Positions 27,279-39,489 of a stretch of DNA of 64,000 nucleotides are shown in pieces. The DNA lies in NCBI GenBank assembly GCA_015680685.1, contig MNCI01002384.1:612493-676492 (forward strand), read 5' to 3'. This DNA is from Gnetum montanum (Eukaryota; Plantae; Gnetophyta). Numbering within the stretch: position 1 is the stretch's first letter; each line of letters begins with the position of its first letter. The position numbers were made by a program, and so were the translations under genes. Under the pieces are notes generated by a model. That model worked only from the letters and a program-made list of their open reading frames with translations, did no database searches and was not told the origin of the DNA.

Positions 27279-29836
27279 CTATTCATTGTCTTTCATATGT
27301 GCATCATTATTTCCACCAATAATGTTATGGTCTCCCTGATATGCATGCCTTTCCTCCTTAAGGGCTCCATGCAGGGAATGCTTTAGTTGATGATGTAGGC
27401 AACTAATGATGTTTCTTTGAGGACAATACTCTAGTATACCTAATCCACCTCACAGCATGTTCCAAATAAGAGTTAGACAGACCTCTAGAATATCCACAAA
27501 AGAGATGGACTGGAAGAAGGTGAACATCTTCAGTAGGGATAAGCAATGATCAAAGAATTCTACAGACTTGAGCCATGGTTTCAATCGTCTCATATCTCTG
27601 TTCCATGAAATGGCCAAATGTGCCAACAGTATGTTATCATAGGTGATAACACATTATGTTAACAGTACTATGATGGCATATTGTTAGTGTGCTTGGGCAA
27701 AACTGAAGCTTGCATAGCCCTTGGGCAAGTTCATGAAAGTGTAAGTTCACACAAGTGTATAAGGGGGACATATAGGACCTAGAGCCATGGCTGCTAAAAC
27801 TAGATGACAAGGCTATTAGTGGCCTTATATGGAGAGTGAATACTTATAGAAGGTTAAAACTTGTGACACTTGTCAATGGCATAGCAACTTGATACACGTT
27901 CTCCCAACTAAGTTACACACTACTTAGATAACTTGGTCATTTTAATGGTGGGGATTGGACATCATTAAACCTATAATGCCAAAGTCTTCTGTAGGGCATA
28001 GTTTCATCATCACTACAATTGAATACTTCACAAAGTGGGTTGAAGCTATTCCCCTGTGGAAGAAAATGTCTCAACAAGTCTATAGGTTTATGTTGGATAA
28101 CATAGTAGCTCATTTTAGTATACCTATGATCATAGTCATAGATAATGGACCGCAATTTAGTAACCAAGAAACACAAGTCTTTTGTAAAGACCTAGGCATT
28201 AAACATTCTTTCTCATCACCATACTACCAATGGACAAGATGAACCCAGTAATAAGGCCATCATAAACTTGATGAAAAAGATGCTGAACAATAGTAGACAT
28301 AAGTGGCATGAGTAGCTTGTCCATGCACTTTGGGCTTACCAAACTACGTATCGAACTGCAATTGGTGTAACTCCATATAGCTTGGTTTATAAATCTAAAG
28401 TTGTTTTGCCTCTTAAATTGCAGGTACCATCACTTAAGGTAGCTTTATCAAACTTCATTAACAATGAACAAAACAAGGAGTTGTGTACCATTGACTTGGA
28501 TTTGATGGAAGAGCAATGGGTACAAATGCTTGCTCACATTGAGCATAACCAGGAGAGGTAGAAACAATAGCATCACCATGGCCTAAACAAAAAAAATATT
28601 AAGGATGAAGACCTAGTCCTCAAGGCTATTTGTGAGCATGCAGACAAGTTCTTGGCCAACTGGGAGGGACCTTTCTTGATCATTAAGGCCTATGATAATG
28701 GAGCCTTCAAGATAGCAGACATGGATGAGAATGAATTGGCCAATCTGGTTAATCATTCCTACCTAAAGCCTTATTACATCTAATGCAAATTTCTTTATAG
28801 GTACAAACCAACAGTTGACATCGATGACCTTCACAACAAGCAAGCTTGCATGACATTTCTCTATCTCTCTCTCTATTCAACACATGTGAAATGAGCTATA
28901 AAACTTTGTAATAATAGTGACCTATGGTGACTTGGGTTTTTGATTGTCTCATGTGGCCTTATGCATTATCATGTAATAACATGCTCACTTTGTCTTGTTC
29001 CCTTATCCTCTTGGTGTTGTGCTTGTAGGATGAAGCTTGAAGTTAGAACAAAGGTGCAACTTGTCATGTTAGCAAGTTATCATGTGGCCTTGATGCATGT
29101 AATTTGGGTAGCTCATCTTGCCATGCCAAAAGTGCTTATTTTACATCATTTTCATCACCACTACTTGTGCCCAACCCCCCAGTCTAATTATGATCTTCTT
29201 TGCCTTGAACAACAGTGATGACCTATGTTTGAAACTTGTGTTGTGGCCATAAGATGTTTCCTTCGTCATGCTTAACCATCAAGTCTATTAAATGTAACAC
29301 CTCTCATTCAATGAGAAAACAAAATTAAATCTAGCCTTGGTAATGAAACCTAATGAAGGTTTTACCCTGCAAAAAAAGGAACAAGCAAATTGCCAAAAAT
29401 TTGAAAGGTTGTTGAAGATTGAGAGATAGATCAATGGCTTTGAACATGCAAAGGAACAAGCCTAATGACCTAATAAACCTTGGAGTAGGATATTGGTTCC
29501 TCAAGAACATTACTAAGTGATCTTTATCTTGAAAACACGAAGCATAAAGACCTCATCAACCATTCAACATGTCATTGCCATAACTGTAACCATGGTATCA
29601 ACATTTGGAAATAACTGTTAACCTTGCGACCATTTCCTCATCATCAAACATAAACTTTAGCCTCTATCATCTCCTCGTACCACTTATTCCATTGTCATAA
29701 GTACTCTTTGGCATGGTTTGATACTACTAAATCAAGCACAAAGAGTGAATGGTGGTGATGGACCTCTAGTGATGTTTTGTGTTCTTTGTCAATGTCTCTT
29801 GGGTCAATCCTCAAAAAATCAACAAAGAGGGGCCAA

Positions 29837-30383
29837 TAAAATACCACCAAGAAAATGCATGTTGCAACCTTTTTAACATTATAACATTCACCCCATGAAA
29901 CCCAAGGTTAGAATTTCTTTGTAAAATTTAAAGATTATAATCTGTGAGATGCAATTTCACATATTTTAACTTTTGGGGTTGAAAAATGCTTCATAAGTTG
30001 TTATAGCCTCACTTCCCATGCGAAAAAAGTTCTACCATGTCTAGATTTGGGCTTGGAAAGGTGAAAAATGCCTTTTATATTTCCAAAATTGGAATTTTCA
30101 TGGGTGTTGTAGGGGTTATGACCTTTACTGCAATGGAAGCACCTATGCCTAGCATTGGGGGGTTTGACTCTCATCCTCCCAACTATGGCCAACGTAGTCA
30201 CCATAAGGCTAGCATTGGAGTGGTTAGGGTTTCTATTTTCAACTAATCTTAGTGTTTCTTCCACAACTCTAGCATTGCTACTAGAAGACTAGTGTGAGTG
30301 GGAGAGTTCAGTTTTCCAAGACTAAAACTATTCCATGCTTGTGATTTTTAGTTTTCCAACGACCGAATTTTTTAGGTGCAACA
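29837..30383 (+). mobile_element. Element A 3' LTR (internally deleted)
   Basis: Follows the PPT. 30196-30306 matches 5786-5918. End ttttaggtgcaaca matches the 5' LTR end at 6799. Confidence 0.8.
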
Positions 30384-32435
30384 TATATGAAGTAGTTGGT
30401 TATTATGTCTTTGTAATTTTCATTTTTTTGGTACAGCATTGATGTGTTTTTTCCCTATTACCCTCAAAACCCCCTTCCCCCATGCCCCAACCCCATTTGA
30501 AGGCTCCATCAATAAGGCATCCCTATTAGTAAAGGTCTAAGATGCATGGATGGGGTCATATTTAAGGTAGTAGTTTAAACAACTTACAATATTTTATGAC
30601 ACTGTAGTTATCATGTGAACATTAAAAAGCTAGAAACTTATTGATAATGTACTTGAATTTAATCTAATTGCAAAATCATATAATAACACTAGGCTAGATG
30701 ATGAAGTGTTACTACAAAATGTTAAATAATTAACTTGGAATTACACAATATTGATAAAAAGAGAGCGATAGAGGAGGATAGTTGTAACAATGATGTCATG
30801 GTAGCATAAACGAACTTTGTTAGATAGATGCTAATTAGAATATACTATTAGATTTAGTGTGCAATCATTATTCTCTTAAATTAAGTCATATCTAGTTACA
30901 AAAGGTTATGAAGAATCACTAAGAGTTGTGACTACTTACAAGGTATAATGAAACTCAAGTTTACATTTCAAAAGCATGCATAAGATACATAAGGAATAAT
31001 GTGAATCAACAAGTAGATAAAAGGCATCATATCAACAGCCAAAGAAAAGAATTCATAAGTCAAAAGGATACCATGATGGTGTTTTGTGAACCCACAAGTA
31101 AAGATTGCTTTGATTTGTAAGTATGAAAAGAAGTAGAAGAAGAAAGCAATTCCAACACTACCAAATGGTACTTGAGGAAGGACATGAAGCAAGAGAAGTT
31201 GAAGTTCTAATTTTTCCCATTACCAAAGGGTAGAATAGTGCATCACAGACCTAAGAAATTTAGGATAGCGAACCTAAATTAAGGATTCATGAAATGAGTA
31301 GCTACAAATATTATATAGGTAAAAATGATGGGAAATGTTTGAGGTCGAAGTCTATCATTTATCATAAAGTAGTTATACCAACTTAACAATGAATTATTAA
31401 AGAAGCCCAAAGTTTCCTAATCCATGTAAGATTAAGGATAATAGTTTTCACAAGTAGCATAGGTATATCAAAAGTCCATGATGCAAAAAGGTTACAATAA
31501 GATAAACATTGTAGTATTGTTAGAGTAGCACCAATGAAACACAAGAAGTTCTTATGAACTTAGCATAGTTTAACTTGGAATAACAACAAGTCCGAAGATG
31601 ATGTTACGATTTACCAAAACAAAATATAATATTTATTGTAAACTATCTACAATAGCTTGTAATGGGTACTAATTTATGAATAAGATCAATGTGACTTTGT
31701 TCATCACTAAGAGGATTTATAAGTAGTTGATAAGATTCATGATACTCATAATTCTAGAAAGATTATGAATTATAGTTATCATAATGTTCAAAGCTATGAT
31801 CGTACTTCCAAATCATTTTAGATCCTAATATATTATAGTTACATAATAAAAGCATAAAACAAAACTCTAACATGGTATCAAAGCTATTAGTGAGTTGAAG
31901 AGAGAATTAAAATATTATAATATCAAGATACAAAGAATATTGGACAACATAAGGATCTTTAGTAAGATGAACTAAGTTTGTGAGAAGCTTAGAAAAAACA
32001 AGAGTGAAAGAAAAAAAAGTTGCATAAAGATATTAAAGATGATGAGTTCAGATAACCAAGAGGACCTATGCAGAAAACCTAAGAGGCTAAGTAATTTGTA
32101 TGATGAAATATCCTTGAAACTTCACCATAAGTATAACCGAAAAGGGTAACATCAAATGAAGGCAATGTTTTAAGAACTAATTATGATTAAATCATGATGG
32201 TAAATGAAATATAATATAAGAGATTGAGGTAATCATAACATTTAAAAGAAAGAGACTAATTATGATTATTAGAATAAATATGGATGAGAAAAGTACTAAC
32301 AAAATGTGGTATGAATTCTAAGTTACAATTTGCAACCAGGAACATCAATCTATACCCATTTCCTACTTAGTTAGGTGCATATCAAGAAAGGAGTTGTAGC
32401 CATTTGAGGTAGTAGAAGAAAGTATCAATGTGAAC

Positions 32436-32437
<2 letters not shown>

Positions 32438-32478
<41 letters not shown>

Positions 32479-32520
32479 AGAAGAAGAAGAAGAAGAAGAA
32501 GAAGAAGAAGAAAAAAAAAA
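32438..32520 (+). repeat. Poly(A)-(GAA)n-poly(A) microsatellite
   Basis: A39, then about 12 GAA units, then an A run. Confidence 0.95.
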
Positions 32521-32748
32521 GCCATGAAAGAATACGTCTTTTAGCAATTTCTATTTCCAATTATAAAAATTTAGCCTTACATGTTCAATGAAAAATGAAG
32601 ATTATCTAGATAAAAGTATTGAAGTCCTAATCAATTACCAAAATGAGACAAGGATATGATGGTGAATCTTTCATAAGTTTTGAAACCATGTTTAGGTTTA
32701 TCTTGAAACTCTAAGTTATAAGAACCTAGAAATGAATGTCAATCACGG

Positions 32749-35700
32749 TGTAACTGCTCATCGTAGAATATTAGAGTATTGTGTAATGTTTACAATGTGG
32801 ATATAGAGTTAGTTAGGCTAATTTGATAGCCTAGCTAAATGCATTATTTTATTGACATATTTTATGAGATGTTATGATAATATGTATACATGATTATGAT
32901 TCCATGATTATGCACATTGGTCTTACTAGATGTGTAGTATGATGTTTGTGATTGACAGGTTGTAAGGGTGGTGGGGAAAGATTGAGCTTTGGGTATATAT
33001 GATCTTGAATTTTGTGCCATGATTATGCATTTATGAGTATGATATCAATGTTATTTAGTAGATCATGTGATGTGAATATGAGACCCCTTGGTCTATCTTT
33101 AACTTTTATTAATCTTTGGCTAATTTATGTCTTATGGAAGATTTGATCTCATTACCTTATAAACATATTATTGTGTGTTTCATTATATTTGTAAAATCTT
33201 TTAATTAACTTGCCTTGTATTATTATGATCTTACTGGACTCTTATTTGAACTTTTGTATTTATCATTAATTTGATCAAGGGGATAATTCATTGTAAGGCA
33301 TTATTGCTATATTGGTTGGAGGTTTGTAATCTTATATTTAATTGAGAGTTTTTAGCTCTCATGCATCAATTGCTTTTACTCATTGGTTATTTCTTCCTAT
33401 CTCATGATGATTTGATTTCTTAGCGTTTAGCTTCATGTAGTGCAAACCAACCTTGTTGCAGTTCGATTTATTAAGGTATAGTAACCAGTCCAAGCTTTGT
33501 TTCTTTGTATGTTTTCAAGGATCCAATTATTGTCTTGTTATTACTAGCTTTGTCATCCTTATTTTCAAAGTCCTCAATGAATGTTATCTTTTAGTTATCT
33601 CTTGTGGTTGTTTCAACCTTCTTCCTGACTGAATGAGACATCTTGGAGGTTAGGAAGATGTTTTTTCTAAAGTATTGGGAGCTGCAAAGAGACATATTTT
33701 TGGCTAAGAAGACATTTTCCAGACAAGATGAGATGTCTATCTTTCATTGGAGATGTCTTGTAGGAGATTTCTATCAATAAACATCTTGTAGGAGACATCT
33801 ATTCTACATTGTAGACATAAATGTCTACATGCAATGCAAGACGTCTATTTTGCTAGGGTTGTTGGAGAAGCCATTCAAACTAAAGTCTGGAGCCTTGTTA
33901 TGTACTCAAACATGTTCCCTTTGATCCTAAAACACCTTGAACTCATTATAACAGATCAAAATACATCCAAAATTAGGTAAAACATACCATTTTATGGTCA
34001 TCTTGTGGTTGCTATTTTCTTGCCTATTTCATGTTGTTCTCATGATCTTTGAGTCATTGTTGATCTTCAATGTCTTATTCTAAATCCTTGTTGATGCATT
34101 TCAATGGGATTGATAGGTAGGCATTATGGGGAGTCTAGGTTGGCCTTTAGAACTTGACCCAGGCTACTTATGATTGTACCTCGAGTAGCCAAATCTAAGT
34201 GTCAATGGATAGGCATTGTGAAGGGTAGGGTTGGCTTCCTTGCTTAATCCATGTTGCCTTTGCACTTAGATTGTGACATTGGATAAGCATTGTGGAAGAA
34301 TTATTTAGCTAATTAGTATCTATTCACATTACTTGTGAATGTCATGTAGCTAGTTTTCTTGATGCAAAAGTAAAGAGTTGGTAATCCATATGAGTTTGTT
34401 TCTAGGTTTGGTCCATCCAAGATTAGGTGAGGTTAGTTAACTAGTCCTCAAGGAGGGTTGCTATCAACATCTAAGAAAGGTGAGATATTTATGGACCAAT
34501 AGTCATTGGATATGATTAATTCTAGTACATTCTTAGTTTACCTATCTCTTGACAGTTTGTGGATATCATAGTTTTGGATTTGGCTTTTGATATTTAATCT
34601 CATGGATCTTGAGATGGCTTCTTATGCAATATGTACCTATCCTTTAACTTGTTCTAGTTACACCAAGGTGGTTAGCTCTACTAGAAGTTTTGTAATCTCT
34701 CCTATATGTGTGGATGCAGATTCAAGTGGTAGGAGCTAGGAGTTTGATGGTGATGAAGTTAGATATTGGGAGATTTTTTACATTTTGAGATTCTAATTAT
34801 GTTATCATGAGATTGATGTGTTTGAACTTTTGTAATGATGAATATTATCATCTCTCTTTTGAGGGTATTAACTTATTATATTATGAGATTCATTTATGGA
34901 TTATGGTTAATGGAATTGTTGCTTAAAGTACTTCAATGTATATTTTAGTTTACCATGCACTTTAGTTAAGATTTATAATTCTTATGGGGATCAATTCTCC
35001 TTTGATTATAAGCATTATGACATCACATGCCCAAGTAATAAGTTTTGTGCAATGAAGCTTGGATTATTTAAGTATAAAATTTTGGGGTATAACATTTATT
35101 TAGCTAGCCCTGTTATGAGGTCATGATGTTTAGCATGTTATGCATGTTCAAGTTATGTAACTAGTTAGCATGAGTTATGATGCTAGTATGATTTTATGGA
35201 TATATTGTAGATTTATTATGATGTTAGTAGGTTTGACTGGTAATTTGTTTGAATGCTTTGTGAGTGAGTTATGGAGTGTGGGCCCTTTGGGATGGGAGAA
35301 ATTCATGGAGAATCTTAGGAAAAAGAAAAACCATAAATGAAGTAAATTATATTTTGTTTTATAAGTAAAAACATAAAACATATTCAACCATTCTTCTCCC
35401 AATTATACATCATGTGTTCCTTCAACATTTCTCTTTCTTCTTCATTCTAGTCCATTCCTTGACTGATTTCTGTGGTTTCTAGGATAGTGGAAATCTAGTG
35501 TTGGGCAGGTTGGAATTAGAGAGGTTTGGTTTAAGTTTTAGAGGATCCAAGAGCTTATTAGAAGCATTTTGATGCTTTGGTTTAAGTTTTTTTAGTATGA
35601 GTAGGTTTTAGATTTTAGATGTGTGTCTTTACATGTTTCATGTTTTGGGAGTTCGATTTTTGTACATGGTCATGGGAATGTTATAAAGATGATTAGGATC

Positions 35701-38480
35701 TCTGAGTCATGAATTTGTGATGATGTGGATTAGGTGTAAGTAACCCTAGTATTACTATATGATTTATGATTAATTATATTATGTACTACAATTAGTATTT
35801 AGGTGATGGATGTATGGTGTGCCTTGGGGGTAGTAGAGATGGATTGCTAGTTTCCTTGGATGTTAATAAAAATTTGTGCCATTCATATATATGTGCATGG
35901 ATTACCACTCAGATTGATTATGTGTTCTTTTAGTTATCATTAATGTTTTTTTTTGGTTAGGAAGTGAGTAATTGTGAGTAATGAATGTAGGGTTGTAGGA
36001 AGTAATGAAAATTGTGTCCTAGGTGCATCATGATCATGATGTTTAAAAATTTAGTATTTCTACTTGAGTAAGAGGTGTGGCATCCTTCCTATGCAGTTGC
36101 ACTAGAAAGGTTGGTAGGATGCAAGTTGTAGTATAGGTGTGGTAAGATTGTGGCAAGTCTCGCTTTCTTATTTTTAGACCATGTGAGTTGCTCTTAGTTG
36201 TGGTTAGGTTGCAATTAGATCATGGTGAGTTTTGGATGTAATTTTCTTTCCTAGCACGAGCTGGTATTAGTTGCAATGCTTGAACATTAAGGTCATAGTC
36301 CTTTTTAAAAAGCTATCATGAGTGCGTTGCAAAGTCACAATGAGAGGATATTCTAGATATGTGCTTTGGGTGAATGTAAAAACATTTGAAATTATATTTT
36401 GGACTTGTCTGTAATGTTTGTTGCATGGTACATGATTTTGATATGCACTTGTAAAATTGTATGATTGCTAGCATGTTCAGTTAATGGCTATAGCATAGGT
36501 TTTTTTATGATAAGTGATTGTTCAATTATTTATTAGTCAGATAGATTATAACATGATGTGATATGAGTATTATCAATATGATGTGTGTACATGTGACACA
36601 TATGATGATGATGTGATGCTTTATGCTTATGATGATTATTTTTCAATAATATGTTTATTATGATAATGCCATGGATGTGATGTGTATATGTGGATTGTAG
36701 ACATGACATGAGGGTGTCAACTGGTTAGTGATGGGGCATGCTCGAGGAGTTGGGGTTATCCCTGCTAGATGCATTAGTGAGGCTCTTGTCTTAGTCCTCA
36801 TACTGAGAGTGAGAGGGTATAGGTTGGGCCTATGATTGGTATGGAATCTTAGGACATGTGGACATATGCAGATGCACTTACTAGAAGGTTATAGATCTAG
36901 GGCTATGAATGAGGTACCAAGTACTATAATTAGTAGTGATATATGATAATGAAATTAATAATAGACCTCTAGGTATTGATTGTATTATAAGTAATCATGT
37001 CAATGATATCATGCGTTATATAGAGTGGGAATGTGTTGGTTGCCATAGACGATGTGCTTTCCTTGAGGGTCTAGTTACTGGAATAAAGTTTTATATGTTG
37101 TTATGTTTTAAGTATATAGGTGGATGAATCCTTAGAGCACTAAATGTTGGGCTATTGTGTTATGTATGGTTTGATGTGGTTCCTTGAAGCATAATATGCT
37201 AGAAGCCTATATTGATTATGATTATGTAATGAGTACATATATTGTGATAATGCTATTGTGACACCGTGGATATGATGTACATGTACTAGTCATGCATGAG
37301 TAGATTATGCGTCATGTGGTAAATGTATGAGTTGTGATAGATGTGGTTGGATGCATGTTATGTGTGTACCATATTGATCTTAATGTAGGCTTTTCTAATT
37401 TTTCTAGACCTTACCTTCAACACAACATCATACTCCACATCTGTAGGTGGCATGTAAAGACTTCCACTCAATCATATATTGACCTCTTTATATCCAAGTG
37501 ATGAAGCTAGAAGCCCAAAAGGATAATAGATCTAAGGGAGGTAATGGAATCCTTGTTTCTACATTTGTGTGCTTCTTATTACATATTTGCTTATGAGAGA
37601 TGGATGTATTTGTAGATGGCATAGGATTGGACTAATCATAAGACATGGATCTTATGTATAGTACTTACATGATGCATATAGTGACAAGACATGTATTAGA
37701 TATATAGACTAATATGTTGTGATGCTTTATGATATGGGTTTTCTATGTATTTGTCTTGGACATGTGTACATGCATGAGTAAATTATATGTCATGTGGTAG
37801 ATGTATGAGTTGTGACTGATGTGGCTAGATGCATGTTATGTGTGTGCCATATTGGCCTTGATGCAAGTTACTCTAATTTTCCGAAACCTCACCTCCAATA
37901 CAATATTGTACTCTACATCTAGAGGGAGTGTGTAAAGACTCCACTTAGTCATGTACTAGCCTCTTTATATCCAAGTGATTAAGCTAGAAGCATAGAAGAC
38001 TAGTAGGTTTGAGAGAGGTGATGGAATCCTTGGTTCTATGTTCGTGTGCTTCTTGTTACATATTTTCTTATGAGAGATGGATGTATTTGTAGATGGTGTA
38101 GTCTTGGACTAATTATGAGCCATGACTCTTATGTATAGTACTTACATGATGTATATAGTGACAATATGTGTTAGATGTATAGACTAATATGATGTGCTGC
38201 TTTGTGATATGGGTTTACCATGTATTTGTCTTGGACATGCTTATATGTATGACACTACTAGAGCATGATGTTATGTATACCAATTTAATGTGTGTGTCAT
38301 GCTAATTTGGTTTTGTACATTTGAGATTTTTACAGAGTGATTTATGGTCTTCCACTATGTTATGCAATCCATTCACATGTTTTAATATCCCAATTTGCAT
38401 GCTTTGTGTTAACATGTAGTTCTTACCTGAGCTAGGCTTAGGCTAGATGTTAGGATGTCATAGAGTGGTATTAGAGTAGG
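32749..38480 (+). mobile_element. Old AT-rich LTR remnants (chromovirus-like), the last followed by a degenerate tRNA-iMet PBS
   Basis: LTR-like ends ggggtataaca (35094) and ggatgtcata (38462), then tggtattagag at 38466 (TGGTATCAGAG). Strong CpG depletion. Boundaries are uncertain. Confidence 0.45.
37290..38239 (+). repeat. Diverged tandem duplication, ~475 bp x2
   Basis: 37290-37764 aligns with 37765-38239. Both end in tgtatttgtcttggacatg. Confidence 0.85.
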
Positions 38481-39489
38481 TTAACTTTGATTATGATGGG
38501 ATGTTGTGATACTTACCTTATGATTGTAGGTATGGAAGGTTAGCATAGAATCAATGACATAGGTCATCGTGCTAATGAGGCCTAAGTGCCTCTAAGTACA
38601 CAGGTTGTAAAAACATCAACAATTAATTAGGTACAAGAACAACCAGTGGGCACAAGGATCAATGATGTTTAGATGGGATTGGTAAGATAGATGATGTAGC
38701 TATTCTAGTAGTATATAGGCTTGATAGGTGTTACCCAATCTCCTTCTTGTTAACAAGTAGTGTCCAATGCTCTATCCACATGAAGACAAATGGACATAAA
38801 GTCAAAGCATTTTTATTTTATTTTTGAGTTGATGGACATATGTAAACTATTTTTGTTTGAAATCATCTTTATTTTACATAAAATTATTTATTTTCACTAC
38901 AGGGAATAACTTTTCAAGTTTCCCATGTATGATCCCAATCATTTTCTATAAATTGTAGAGCCACACGTGAATGAAATGAGTTACTTTTAAGCAATAAATT
39001 TCTTGTTACAACTTTTCTTCAAAAATTCTCATCTCTTTCAACTATTCATATTTCATTAAAACCTTTTTCTCATATAATTAATAATCTACATTATCATTAA
39101 AGCTATTTGCAACATTATTTCTTCTTTTATCTTAGACATTTTCTCTATTCATCTTTTAATCACAATAGGTTATTCAAGTCATAAGCTCTTTTATCAATAA
39201 TTCAAACTCATTTATTTCAAGCATCTATTATCAAGGTCTTTTAGTCTAGAAACTCAAAGATCTCCTACAAGGTTCATTTGATTTATCATTAATATCAAGA
39301 AAGAAACATTAAGTTTGTCATTCTAGACACTAAAGCATTCCAAGGTGAACCTGCACATAAAAATTTCATCAAAATTTGATCATCCAAAATCAAGATAGCA
39401 AAAATAAATTTTTTTAGATCTTGAAGTAATTCAAGAAGAAGTTTTTAACAAAATTGATATCAAAGCTAGCCACTATGAGTTGCAACCGC

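Larger units (their letters stand above)
23768..27628 (-). mobile_element. Cargo-carrying solo LTR, copy 2 (3861 bp) with 5-bp TSD
   Basis: Termini tgttggc...gccaaca. TSD gtatg at 23763-23767 and 27629-27633. Removing it restores the integrase N-terminus (YV IIGD..LC). TATAAAA on minus at 25016-25022. Confidence 0.95.
21450..28783 (+). pseudogene. Element A pol: RT, RNase H, archaeal-type RNase H, integrase (interrupted by LTR at 23768-27628)
   Basis: WVSNIVVVPKK..IRICIDF, SFMDGFSGYNQ, MPFGLKN, HFNGAS (aRH), EYFTKWVEA, DNGPQF, WEGPF. Stop at 28781-28783. Confidence 0.92.
5781..30383 (+). mobile_element. Tat-type Ty3/gypsy element A (degenerate, with nested insertions)
   Basis: Partial 5' LTR to 6799, PBS, gag-pro, antisense gene, RT-RH-aRH-INT, PPT aaagaggggccaa at 29824-29836, and 3' LTR 29837-30383. 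Confidence 0.9.

Noticed and set aside
23768-27628. Pack-MULE, CACTA or Helitron interpretation
   Set aside because: TG..CA ends with only a 7-bp inverted terminus, a 5-bp TSD, an internal TATA, and a PPT next to copy 3 all indicate an LTR.
32363-32560. Poly-Phe ORF
   Set aside because: It is the translation of the A/GAA microsatellite.
30400-32740. Possible decayed pol and a tRNA-Met PBS at 31873
   Set aside because: Too degenerate to define boundaries or domains.
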